From contig JANQMZ010000007.1 in NCBI GenBank assembly GCA_028279805.1, forward strand, positions 450,001 through 482,000: DNA of 32,000 bases, written 5' to 3'. Position numbers and translations under genes: made by a program. Positions within the stretch are counted from its first letter, which is position 1. Each line of letters opens with the position of its first letter. This DNA is from an archaeon (GTDB taxonomy: Archaea > Iainarchaeota > Iainarchaeia > Iainarchaeales > JANQMZ01). A model generated the notes under the pieces. It was not told the origin of the DNA. It searched no databases and saw only the letters and a program-made list of their open reading frames with translations. Below are positions 1-8,256 of the stretch, in pieces.

Positions 1-282
1 CAAATAAGGCAGGGTTCTGATGCAATTAATGCAACTGTATGTCCAGAAATCAACCAGTACAACTTTTCCTTTCAAATCTGCAATTTTAATGTCAGGTTCA
101 GTGTTAATATAATTGTGAATTTTTTGTAATTCAGGAGCTTTTTGCAAACCGTTTTTTGTTTCAATAGGCGTAATCTCATTAATATTAAAATTTTTTGTTG
201 ATTGCAATGCGAATATTGCTAAAATTATTATTAACAATATTCCTCCTACCAAAAAAGGATTGTTTGGCTTTAAAATTTTCAT
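1..282 (-). CDS. Thioredoxin-fold redoxin (TlpA/DipZ-like), C-terminus truncated by window edge
   Basis: Manual translation of the minus strand from ATG at 282: MKILKPNNPFLVGGILLIIILAIFALQSTKNFNINEITPIETKNGLQKAPELQKIHNYINTEPDIKIADLKGKVVLVDFWTYSCINCIRTLPYL. It has an N-terminal TM anchor and an FWTYSCINC redox motif. It is absent from the ORF track because it runs off the edge. Confidence 0.85.
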   Translation of the reverse strand, partial: MKILKPNNPFLVGGILLIIILAIFALQSTKNFNINEITPIETKNGLQKAPELQKIHNYINTEPDIKIADLKGKVVLVDFWTYSCINCIRTLPYL

Positions 283-284
283 AA

Positions 285-1001
285 TTATCCCAACAACATT
301 TGGTTAACAAAACCTAAATTGGCAACCAAAACCAATGTGTTTGTAAAAACCAAAATTCCCAGAATTATTAAAATTATTCCGAACACGATGTTAAACCATT
401 TCAAATGTTTTGAAAATTTTTGAATAAAGCCTGATGCTTTTGAAGTGAATGCTCCTACCAAAAGAAACGGAATTCCCAGACCCAAAGAATAGGACAGCAT
501 TAAAGGGAATGCTGCTTCAGGCTGGGTTGCCGCTAAAGTTAAAACTGCTCCTAAAACCGGCCCTACACAGGGAGTCCAGCCCACCGCAAACGCCGCACCG
601 AATAAAAAGGAACTTAGGTACTGGAAGCGTGTTTTTTTAACTGTTAATTTTTTGTCGCCTTGCAGTTGCGGAATTTTAATTACTCCTAATAAAAATAAGC
701 CGAATAATATGATGATTATTCCGCCAATCTGGCTTAAAGTGTTTCTTAAATCAAAAGCAATGCTTGACAAAACGCTTTGCAGTAAAACTCCTAAAATTGA
801 AAAAACCAATGAAAAGCCTAAAACAAAAAACACTGAACTTAAAAAAATTGTAATTCTTACACGGGGAGCGTTTTCCTGCAATTCTTTTGTTGTTGTTCCG
901 GCTAAAAAAGTTAAATATGCGGGAATTAATGGAAGAATGCAGGGACTTAAAAAAGATGCGATTCCTGCAAAAAATGCAATTATAATTGTAAACTCAGTCA
1001 A
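285..1001 (-). CDS. ccdA: CcdA/DsbD-type transmembrane electron transfer (cytochrome c biogenesis) protein
   Basis: About 6 TM segments with conserved SPCILPLIPAYL and GWTPCVGPVLGAVL motifs typical of CcdA. Confidence 0.93.
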   Translation of the reverse strand: MTEFTIIIAFFAGIASFLSPCILPLIPAYLTFLAGTTTKELQENAPRVRITIFLSSVFFVLGFSLVFSILGVLLQSVLSSIAFDLRNTLSQIGGIIIILFGLFLLGVIKIPQLQGDKKLTVKKTRFQYLSSFLFGAAFAVGWTPCVGPVLGAVLTLAATQPEAAFPLMLSYSLGLGIPFLLVGAFTSKASGFIQKFSKHLKWFNIVFGIILIILGILVFTNTLVLVANLGFVNQMLLG

Positions 1002-1003
1002 TT

Positions 1004-1510
1004 TTATTCACCCAATTCGTCCCTTGCAAAACTAATTTTATCCAGGATAACAGCTTTATTCCACTGGCCGATTCCTCTGACCAGAACATTTTCTTCCGAA
1101 TCAATAATAATGTGAGTGTGTTGTAATGAAACTCCAAATTTTCTTGCCAAATCTTCTTCATCTGCATCGGTTCTGGCATCCTTATAATTAACTTCTATTC
1201 CTGCAACATCTGTCGGAATTTCCTTAAAAGTTTCAACCAAAACAGGTTTTTGAACAACGCATGTAGGACACCAGTCTGCATGGAATTCTAAAAAAATAAT
1301 TTTATTATTCTGCAAAGCTTGTTGATAAGTTGTTTTAGAAAATTCTTTGTATTGGTTTCCGGTTAAATTTAAATTTTCATTTTCTTTTTCATTGGAATTT
1401 GATGACGGATTTGAATTTGAATTGTTTTGTGAAAAATCTGTTTCACTGACTGCCTGCGTGCAGCCGAACACAAAAATTATTGAAAGCAAAAGTATTGGCA
1501 ATGTTTTCAT
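1004..1510 (-). CDS. Secreted lipoprotein with thioredoxin-like domain
   Basis: Signal peptide with possible lipobox (IIFVFGC), low-complexity N/S linker, then FLEFHADWCPTC active site. Confidence 0.88.
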   Translation of the reverse strand: MKTLPILLLSIIFVFGCTQAVSETDFSQNNSNSNPSSNSNEKENENLNLTGNQYKEFSKTTYQQALQNNKIIFLEFHADWCPTCVVQKPVLVETFKEIPTDVAGIEVNYKDARTDADEEDLARKFGVSLQHTHIIIDSEENVLVRGIGQWNKAVILDKISFARDELGE

Positions 1511-1511
1511 T

Positions 1512-1790
1512 TTATTCTCTCCATGTTACCCAGGCTAATGCAAGCAAGCCGGCTGTCTGTGCTCCGCTTACTAAAATTGCGTGCTGCATTGCTTCGGCTG
1601 TATAAAAATCAAGTTGTACAAAATGAAAATATGCTGCAAAAATGTTTTGCAATAATAACAAAAATGCAAAAACAATTAAACCTGAACAAAAAGTGCTTTT
1701 CATTTGCCTGTAATTCTGAATATAAACACTTAATAGGAATAACAACAATGCTACATTGATTAATTCCAATATTACCGGAAATTCCATCAT
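1512..1790 (-). CDS. Small membrane protein, unknown function
   Basis: Three predicted hydrophobic helices; tightly spaced between the redoxin and the wHTH gene on the same strand. Confidence 0.7.
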   Translation of the reverse strand: MMEFPVILELINVALLLFLLSVYIQNYRQMKSTFCSGLIVFAFLLLLQNIFAAYFHFVQLDFYTAEAMQHAILVSGAQTAGLLALAWVTWRE

Positions 1791-1810
1791 ATACCTCCTT
1801 TTTTAGTTTT

Positions 1811-2110
1811 TTAAAGCTTTTTCCCAATTTTTGACCATATTTCCTCAAAAGCTTTTTTTTCTTCATCCGTAAAAGCCGGAAAAAACAATTCACCATATTT
1901 GTCCATGCTGCTTGTAATCCAGTTGTTTTTTTTCAAAACATCAACATGGTGTAAAATTGTTTTATAGTCAACACCTGCTTTTTTAGCCAGCTGGTTTTTG
2001 TTTAAAGGCCTGTCCATTAAACAATGCATTATTTTGGCACGCATTGGCCCGCCCCGGCTGGCGCCAAGCAAATACCAAACATTTTTTTTAAAAAGCCTTA
2101 AAGGATCCAT
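1811..2110 (-). CDS. ArsR-like winged-helix transcriptional regulator
   Basis: RAKIMHCLMDRPLNKNQLAKKAGVDYKTILHHVDVLKKNNWIT is a typical wHTH pattern; first gene of the redox operon. Confidence 0.85.
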   Translation of the reverse strand: MDPLRLFKKNVWYLLGASRGGPMRAKIMHCLMDRPLNKNQLAKKAGVDYKTILHHVDVLKKNNWITSSMDKYGELFFPAFTDEEKKAFEEIWSKIGKKL

Positions 2111-2237
2111 CTTTAAACCAATAGAACAGCTAAAATTAAAAAAGAATAGAACAAAAAATACGAAGCAAAATACTGCAATTGTCGAAAAAAGGCAATCTTT
2201 TTATTCTCTGAATCATTGATTATTAAGGTGGAGAAAA

Positions 2238-2369
2238 ATGCTGTTAAGAGAATCTGCAACATGCCCGGAATGCGCAAAAAGGGCTGAAGTGATTGTGACA
2301 GAGGAAGGTTTAATCTTAAACCATTTACAGCACAATGAAACTTGTTCAAAATTTATTGAACAAGAATAA
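2238..2369 (+). CDS. Small (43 aa) putative zinc-binding protein
   Basis: Translation MLLRESATCPECAKRAEVIVTEEGLILNHLQHNETCSKFIEQE; RBS-like AAGGTGG upstream; CX2C-X16-HX2HX3C. It lies antisense to track ORF 2113-2349(-), which has no recognisable motif. Confidence 0.6.
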   Translation: MLLRESATCPECAKRAEVIVTEEGLILNHLQHNETCSKFIEQE

Positions 2370-2385
2370 TGCTGTAAAAAAAATC

Positions 2386-2403
2386 CTTGTTTGAAAAAAC
2401 AAG
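2386..2403 (+). repeat. Perfect hairpin CTTGTTT-GAAA-AAACAAG nested in AATGCTG(2368-2374)/CAGCATT(2407-2413)
   Basis: Inverted repeats read directly from the sequence between the small Zn ORF and the redoxin. Confidence 0.6.
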
Positions 2404-2456
2404 CATCAGCATTGCCTTACAAATGATTTTAAGCTTTTTCTAATCTGATTTGTTAA

Positions 2457-3011
2457 ATGGTTTTAACATTTTCAAGCTATAAAGTTTTACAAAAAAATTC
2501 TTCCGCTCCCGACTTTACTTTGCCGGGTGCTGACGGAAAAAATTATTCTCTGGAAGATTTAAAAGGAAAAAAAGGTTTGCTCATAATTTTCATGTGCAAT
2601 CACTGCCCTTATGTTCAGCCTAAAATGAAATATTTTTCAGAATTAAGAAAAAATTATCCTGAATTGCAAATAGTTGGAATTAGTGCAAACGATGTTGAAC
2701 AATATCCTGAAGATAGTTTTGAAAAAATGAAAGAATATTCTCAAAAATATGATTTTGGTTTTCCTTACTTGTTTGATGAATCACAGGAAACAGCAAAAAA
2801 TTACGGGGCTGTTTGTACTCCGGATCCTTTTTTGTTTAACGAAAATTTAGAATTGGTTTATCATGGCAGGTTTGATGATTCTCCGCAGGGTTCACATGAA
2901 GAAGCTAATACAAGTGAAATGGAAGATGCAATAAAACAATTATTGGCAGGGGAAGAAATTACGGTTGAAACAAAACCATCACAGGGATGCAATATTAAAT
3001 GGAGTGAATGA
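2457..3011 (+). CDS. Thioredoxin/AhpC-TSA family redoxin
   Basis: APDFTLPGADGKNYSLEDLKGKKGLLIIFMCNHCPYVQ; redoxin fold with CNHCPY motif. Confidence 0.9.
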   Translation: MVLTFSSYKVLQKNSSAPDFTLPGADGKNYSLEDLKGKKGLLIIFMCNHCPYVQPKMKYFSELRKNYPELQIVGISANDVEQYPEDSFEKMKEYSQKYDFGFPYLFDESQETAKNYGAVCTPDPFLFNENLELVYHGRFDDSPQGSHEEANTSEMEDAIKQLLAGEEITVETKPSQGCNIKWSE

Positions 3012-3012
3012 A

Positions 3013-3285
3013 ATGAAAAAAAGTACAGGGCAGGAGAATGTGTCAGTTGTTCCTGTTACCCGCCGTATAAACGCAAAAGCGTTTGAATTGCTTGAACAGC
3101 ATCCGGAGGGTTTAAGCTGGACGGAATTGCGTTCAAAAATTGAAGAATCAGATAGTAATTTTCATCCGAAAACGGTTAACGGGTGTGTCTGGAAACTTGT
3201 TGAAAAATTTCCTGACGAAATTTACAAACCGTCAAAAGGAATTTTTCGTTTGGTAAAATTTGAAGATAAAATTAAAGTGAGGTGA
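3013..3285 (+). CDS. Putative small wHTH-like protein
   Basis: ATG at 3013 immediately after the upstream stop. ALELLEQHPEGLSW-type helix pattern with NGCVWKLVEKFPDEIYKP; the track start at 2965 overlaps the upstream CDS and is less likely. Confidence 0.65.
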   Translation: MKKSTGQENVSVVPVTRRINAKAFELLEQHPEGLSWTELRSKIEESDSNFHPKTVNGCVWKLVEKFPDEIYKPSKGIFRLVKFEDKIKVR

Positions 3286-3289
3286 AAAA

Positions 3290-3694
3290 ATGAGAAAATT
3301 TTTGTTAGCAGGACTGTTGGGCGGACTGGCAATTTTTATTGTTTCAATGGCATTGTCATTTGTTGTCCAGGCAATTGCACCATATGATATTTTCAGCTTG
3401 GCTGGAATGCGTTCAATTGATGATCCTTTAATGATGTTTTTCTTTTTGGTTGGCTGGGTTTATGCTTTTCCAATGGCATACGCTTATTCACACTTTAAAG
3501 GAAGCATGCAGGGAACATTTGTTCAGAAAGGAATCAGATTTGGTTTTCTTGTATGGTTATTGACTGCTGTTCCGACAACTTTCATTATTTTTACAACAAT
3601 GACTTATCCGTTAGGTTTTCATTTGGACAGCATTGTTGGCGGACTAATCTGGTTAATGGCTGGATCAATAGTTATTGCAAAATTCATGGATTGA
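3290..3694 (+). CDS. Polytopic membrane protein, unknown function
   Basis: Four hydrophobic segments; 4-bp gap from the preceding gene. Confidence 0.75.
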   Translation: MRKFLLAGLLGGLAIFIVSMALSFVVQAIAPYDIFSLAGMRSIDDPLMMFFFLVGWVYAFPMAYAYSHFKGSMQGTFVQKGIRFGFLVWLLTAVPTTFIIFTTMTYPLGFHLDSIVGGLIWLMAGSIVIAKFMD

Positions 3695-3714
3695 AAAGCT
3701 TAAGGCTTTTCAAT
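3690..3714. terminator. Bidirectional terminator hairpin ATTGAAAAGC-TTAAG-GCTTTTCAAT
   Basis: Perfect 10-bp stem, 5-nt loop, located exactly at the convergent gene ends. Confidence 0.75.
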
Positions 3715-3903
3715 TTCTTTTCTTTCATGAGTTTTTCCTTCATACATGTATAATTTGTCTGTTTCTTCAGTTTTTGTTTTTTGATGAGAACCATCACAAA
3801 ATGGTTGGTTTGCACTTAAACCACACATGCAATTCCATTTTCCGACATCTTCTTGTGTTATTTCTCTCGGACCATGAGCAACTCTTTCAACTAATCTTGG
3901 CAT
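3700..3903 (-). CDS. CDGSH iron-sulfur domain protein
   Basis: Motif CMCGLSANQPFCDGSH matches the CxCx2SxxxPxCDGxH Fe-S signature. Confidence 0.93.
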   Translation of the reverse strand: MPRLVERVAHGPREITQEDVGKWNCMCGLSANQPFCDGSHQKTKTEETDKLYMYEGKTHERKEIEKP

Positions 3904-3965
3904 AATTATAACCTCCTTTTAAAATAAGAGTAATTGTTTGTTAAAAAGAGTTTTGCCAGATTTGT

Positions 3966-4943
3966 TTAAAGGGGAATAAAAGTCAGTTTTAAGTTTCCCT
4001 TAAATAATTCATTTGCATAACTTACTCCCATTTGAATTTTTTGATGCATTGTCAAATTTTCAGATTCCTTGGTTCTTAGAAATGCTTCTGAACCAAAATC
4101 AATATAGGGATTAATAAAAATAGGATTAACAATTTCTTCAAGTTCGGCGCCTGCCAAAAACTCGTATTTTATTACACCATGTTTTCCAACAACTCCAAAA
4201 GTATTCATTCCGTAGTCTCTAAAAAAGTGAAAACTAGTTCTAATATCATTTTCACTTGGAAACATTCCTCCAAAAGAATACAAAAATCCAATAAATTCTT
4301 CCCCGTAAGCTCTTGTTAATTCGATTTGTTTTTGTGCTTCTTTTATCCGTTTATTTAGAATGCGTTTTTTCCTTTCATTTTTTTCAACAGATAATTGTTT
4401 TTCCCTTCTTTGAATTTGTTGACGACGCAGTCTTATAAAACTTCCAGGTTTTTCATGAGAATATTCAAAATGTGTATGATAAAGACCAAGAAACCTGGGT
4501 TCTTTTACAATTATTTCAGACAAAATACCTATTCGATAATAATCCAAACCAACTCCAATTGCCCCCTGTTTATTCTTACCAACTTCATACCATTTCCCCT
4601 GATTTAAGTCGACAAACCACGCTTCTTCAACAAGATAAGGAAATTTTGGCAATTGTTCCCAGATTAATCTTTCACCGTCAGCAAGATTTGCTTTAAACAT
4701 ACGCATTCTTTCATCAGCAATATTAGGATTGAACTCTGGACCTGGTCTCTCTAAAAAGTGACTTTCTGAAAAATGTGAAATCATTTCTTGCTCCCTGAAA
4801 TGATGACTTGCTTTTCCGGTATAATAGCCCCCAAATATTCCTGCTAGTATGGAGCCAATCGCGATAGCCGTTCTTTTAGCATCTGATGAAACATTTGGTT
4901 GACTTTTTGGTTTTGCTCTTCTTTGGGCAGGTTTTTTTTCCAT
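3966..4943 (-). CDS. Membrane-anchored protein with possible JAMM/MPN-like metal site (paralog A)
   Basis: Single N-terminal TM; GERLIW, VEEAWFVD, LYHTH, PSENDI motifs shared with 5362-6324. Confidence 0.8.
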   Translation of the reverse strand: MEKKPAQRRAKPKSQPNVSSDAKRTAIAIGSILAGIFGGYYTGKASHHFREQEMISHFSESHFLERPGPEFNPNIADERMRMFKANLADGERLIWEQLPKFPYLVEEAWFVDLNQGKWYEVGKNKQGAIGVGLDYYRIGILSEIIVKEPRFLGLYHTHFEYSHEKPGSFIRLRRQQIQRREKQLSVEKNERKKRILNKRIKEAQKQIELTRAYGEEFIGFLYSFGGMFPSENDIRTSFHFFRDYGMNTFGVVGKHGVIKYEFLAGAELEEIVNPIFINPYIDFGSEAFLRTKESENLTMHQKIQMGVSYANELFKGNLKLTFIPL

Positions 4944-5020
4944 AAAAAAAGAATTGTTTCAGAATATTTAATGTTTGTTATCAAAAGCAAAACTTTAATA
5001 TAAACAAAATAAGTAAGTGT

Positions 5021-5350
5021 TTGATGCAATTAAGCCAAAAAAAATGTGTTGCCTGCGAGGGAGGAATTCCTCCAATGGAAAAAGAAAAAGCGGAAGACTT
5101 TTTGAAACAAGTTCAGGAATGGAGTTTGGCTGAAAATAATAAAAAAATCAGCAAAAATTTTGAATTTAGAAATTTTGAAGAAGCAATGGTTTTCATTAAC
5201 CTTGTTGCGGCTTTAGCAGAAGAGGAACAGCATCATCCGGACATATTTGTTTCATACAATAAAGTAAGAATTGATATCTGGACACATAAAATCAATGGCT
5301 TGCATGAAAATGATTTTATTTTAGCTGCAAAAATTGACGAATTACAATAA
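5021..5350 (+). CDS. Pterin-4a-carbinolamine dehydratase (DCoH/PCD)
   Basis: FRNFEEAMVFINLVAALAEEEQHHPDIFVSYNKVRIDIWTHKINGLHENDFILAAKID carries the conserved EEQHHPD and T-H..GL...D patterns. Confidence 0.93.
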   Translation: MMQLSQKKCVACEGGIPPMEKEKAEDFLKQVQEWSLAENNKKISKNFEFRNFEEAMVFINLVAALAEEEQHHPDIFVSYNKVRIDIWTHKINGLHENDFILAAKIDELQ

Positions 5351-5361
5351 TGATTTAATTT

Positions 5362-6324
5362 TTATTTAAGCGGTATGAAAGTTAGCTTTATTTTTCCTTT
5401 TAATAATTTGTTAAAATACTTTATCGCGGCTGAGATTCTCTGACGGGGTGTTGCGTTTTGAATATGCGCAGATTGAAGAAATGATTCAGGGATTGAATTA
5501 AGATGAACAGTATCAACATATTCTTCTTTTGTAATTCCCTCTAAAACTTCAATTCTTGTAACACCATACTCGTTTATATTTCCAAAATGAGCGATTCCAA
5601 ATCTTTCATGAAACTCACCTGCGCTTACAATATCATTAGGGCTTGGGATTGCCACGGAGATAAAGCCAAAAAATTCAGCAAAAGATTCGCCATATGTTTT
5701 AGTTAATCTGAGCATTTCTTTTACCTCTTCCATTCTACGAATTAGTCCTTGCCTTTCAGTTTGACTAGTTACACTGGACAAATCAGTTTCATGTTTTCTA
5801 AAAATTTCATTAAGTTCTTTAGCCAGTTCACGCACAGTAGATGGTTCCTCAAAGCCTTTTGGATGTATATGATAAAGTCTTGCTTCATGTGATTCTTCCA
5901 ATATTAGCGAAGTTAATATGCTCATGTGAAGACTGGAATAATGAATGCGTCCTTTTTCTTCAGGCTCATTGTGACCCACCTCAAACCATTTTCCGGTTGC
6001 TGAGTCGAAAAACCATGCTTCTTCAACACCAAAAGGCATGTTTGACAATTCCTTCCAGATTAACCTTTCGCCTTTCAGAAGATCCGCATGAAAAATATGC
6101 CCGGTTGTATTATCAAAATTAACTCTGGGTCGTTCTTCAATAAAATATTCTCTTCCTCCAATATAATTGGAATGTTGAATCGAGGACTCAGATTTTATAA
6201 AAGGCCTTATTGAAAAAAAACCAGCAAGCAAGCCACCAACAACAATTGCTGTTTTTTTAACATTTTTTGAAAAATTTAATTGCCTTTTTGGTCTTATTCT
6301 TCTTCCGGTAGATTTTCTTGTCAT
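5362..6324 (-). CDS. Membrane-anchored protein with possible JAMM/MPN-like metal site (paralog B)
   Basis: N-terminal TM; GERLIW, VEEAWFFD, LYHIHP, PSPNDI; C-terminal GKIKLTFIPLK matches paralog A. Confidence 0.8.
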   Translation of the reverse strand: MTRKSTGRRIRPKRQLNFSKNVKKTAIVVGGLLAGFFSIRPFIKSESSIQHSNYIGGREYFIEERPRVNFDNTTGHIFHADLLKGERLIWKELSNMPFGVEEAWFFDSATGKWFEVGHNEPEEKGRIHYSSLHMSILTSLILEESHEARLYHIHPKGFEEPSTVRELAKELNEIFRKHETDLSSVTSQTERQGLIRRMEEVKEMLRLTKTYGESFAEFFGFISVAIPSPNDIVSAGEFHERFGIAHFGNINEYGVTRIEVLEGITKEEYVDTVHLNSIPESFLQSAHIQNATPRQRISAAIKYFNKLLKGKIKLTFIPLK

Positions 6325-6372
6325 AAAAAAAAGAATTATTTCAAAATATTTAAGGATTATGATTTATTGTAA

Positions 6373-7305
6373 TTATAATAATGTTTTGACTTTTTCAGCC
6401 AAATGTTTTGCAGTGAAACCATATTTTTCAAACAATTCATCAGGTTTTCCGGATTCAGCAAAAGAATTATTCATGCCAATTCTTGCAAAATTAACATTTA
6501 AATTTTTTTCAGCTAAAACCTCAGCAACAGCAGAGCCAAGGCCTCCATTAATCTGATGGTCTTCAGCTGTCAAAATTGCTTTTGTTTCCTTTGAAGCATT
6601 AACAACTGTTTTTTTATCCAGAGGTTTGATTGTGTGCATGTTTATTACACGCAGGGAAATGTTTTCTTTTTTTAATAATTCGGCTGCTTCTAAAGCAATT
6701 GAAACCATTACGCCACAGGCAATAATTGTTGCATCATTGCCATTTTTTAACACATTGGCTTTTCCGAATTCAAATTTATAATTGTCAGAATGCAGAACAG
6801 GAACCTTGTTTCTGCCTGTTCTCAGATAACAAGGCTTGTCAAAATCCAGTAAAAATTCTGTTGCTTTTTCAGCTTCAACTGAATCACTTGCAACAATAAC
6901 ATTCATGTTTGGCAATGCCCTCATAATTGAAATGTCTTCAGTCATTTGTGCTGAAGGGCCGTCTTCACCAACATGAACACCTGAATGAGAGCCAACCAGT
7001 TTAACAGGAACATTTCCATAACAAATGCTTTGGCGAATTGGTTCAAATGCCCGTGATAAAAAAATTGCAAAAGTTGAAGCAAAAACTTTTTTTCCTGTTA
7101 AAGCTAAACCGACCGCTTCTCCTATCATTGCCTGTTCTGAAATGCCTGAATAAAAATGCCTTTCAGGGTCAACTTCTTTTGCCTTAATTGATTTGGTGCT
7201 CATAGCCAGGTCAGCATCCAAAAAAACAACATTTGGGTCTTTTTTTGCAATATTTATTACGCCTCTGCCATAACCTTCCCTGATTGCTTCCATTTTTGTT
7301 TCCAT
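6373..7305 (-). CDS. Transketolase, C-terminal subunit
   Basis: DADLAMST, RHFYSGISEQAMIGEAVGLALTGKKVFASTFAIFL, GVHVGEDGPSAQMTEDISIMRALPN motifs. Confidence 0.95.
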   Translation of the reverse strand: METKMEAIREGYGRGVINIAKKDPNVVFLDADLAMSTKSIKAKEVDPERHFYSGISEQAMIGEAVGLALTGKKVFASTFAIFLSRAFEPIRQSICYGNVPVKLVGSHSGVHVGEDGPSAQMTEDISIMRALPNMNVIVASDSVEAEKATEFLLDFDKPCYLRTGRNKVPVLHSDNYKFEFGKANVLKNGNDATIIACGVMVSIALEAAELLKKENISLRVINMHTIKPLDKKTVVNASKETKAILTAEDHQINGGLGSAVAEVLAEKNLNVNFARIGMNNSFAESGKPDELFEKYGFTAKHLAEKVKTLL

Positions 7306-8130
7306 TCATCCACCTAATTCTTTTAACGCTTTTTTTAATTGCTCTTCATCCAAGGCTTTTCCGTGCCACTGCGGGTCGTTTTCCATAAAGGAAACGCCTT
7401 TGCCTTTTATTGTGTTGGCAATAATTGCAAAAGGTTTATCGGAATTTGAAGCCTGTTCAAATGCTTCAAAAATTTCTTCAAAATTATGGCCGTCAATTTC
7501 AATAACATTCCAGTTAAATGATTTGATTTTTTCATCCAAGGGATCAATTTCCAATGTTTCCGCAACGTAACCATCATTCTGGCATTTGTTTCTGTCAATG
7601 ATTGCAATTAAATTGTTTAATTTTTTAAAACCGGCAAACATAAAAGATTCCCAAATCATTCCTTCCTGCATTTCTCCGTCACCCAGCATTACAAAAGTTT
7701 TGAATGATTTGTTGTCAAGTTTTGCCGATAAAGCCATTCCGCTTCCGATAGCCAAACCCTGGCCCAGAGAACCGAAAGACATTTCAATTCCTGGCGTTGT
7801 CCTGTGAACATGCCCTGAAAATCTTGAATTGGTTTGCCTGAACGAATTGATTAATTCTTCTTCGGGAAACAATCCCCGTTTTGATAAAACAGCGTACAAG
7901 CCCGGAGAACAATGTCCTTTGCTTAACAAAAACCTGTCCCTGTTTTCATCTTTTAAATTATCAGAATCCAAATTTAAAGTGTTAAAATATAGGGCTGTTA
8001 ATAATTCGGTTGCACTCATTGAGCCTCCGGGGTGCCCTGAACCAGCTTTAGAAGTCATTTTAAGTATCAAAATGCGTATTTGCCTTGCCAATTCTTTTAA
8101 TTCTTCGGCATTTTCAGTTTTGTGTTTCAC
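7306..8130 (-). CDS. Transketolase, N-terminal (TPP-binding) subunit
   Basis: MTSKAGSGHPGGSMSATELLTALYF, LSKGHCSPGLYAVL, GDGEMQEGMIWE. Confidence 0.95.
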   Translation of the reverse strand: MKHKTENAEELKELARQIRILILKMTSKAGSGHPGGSMSATELLTALYFNTLNLDSDNLKDENRDRFLLSKGHCSPGLYAVLSKRGLFPEEELINSFRQTNSRFSGHVHRTTPGIEMSFGSLGQGLAIGSGMALSAKLDNKSFKTFVMLGDGEMQEGMIWESFMFAGFKKLNNLIAIIDRNKCQNDGYVAETLEIDPLDEKIKSFNWNVIEIDGHNFEEIFEAFEQASNSDKPFAIIANTIKGKGVSFMENDPQWHGKALDEEQLKKALKELGG

Positions 8131-8256
8131 AAGAATAACCCCTGAAAAAAGAAATATTGAAACGTTTTAAAAGCGTTATCAGGTTTGAATTAACACAAAT
8201 TGTTGGACAAATTTGTTTCCAAAAAGAAAATAAAATGTTGCACTTGTTCTGTGATA

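Noticed and set aside
2113-2349. 78-aa minus-strand ORF in the track
   Set aside because: No recognisable domain; antisense to a 43-aa + strand ORF with RBS and ordered Cys/His residues, and not needed for the redox operon that starts with the wHTH gene.
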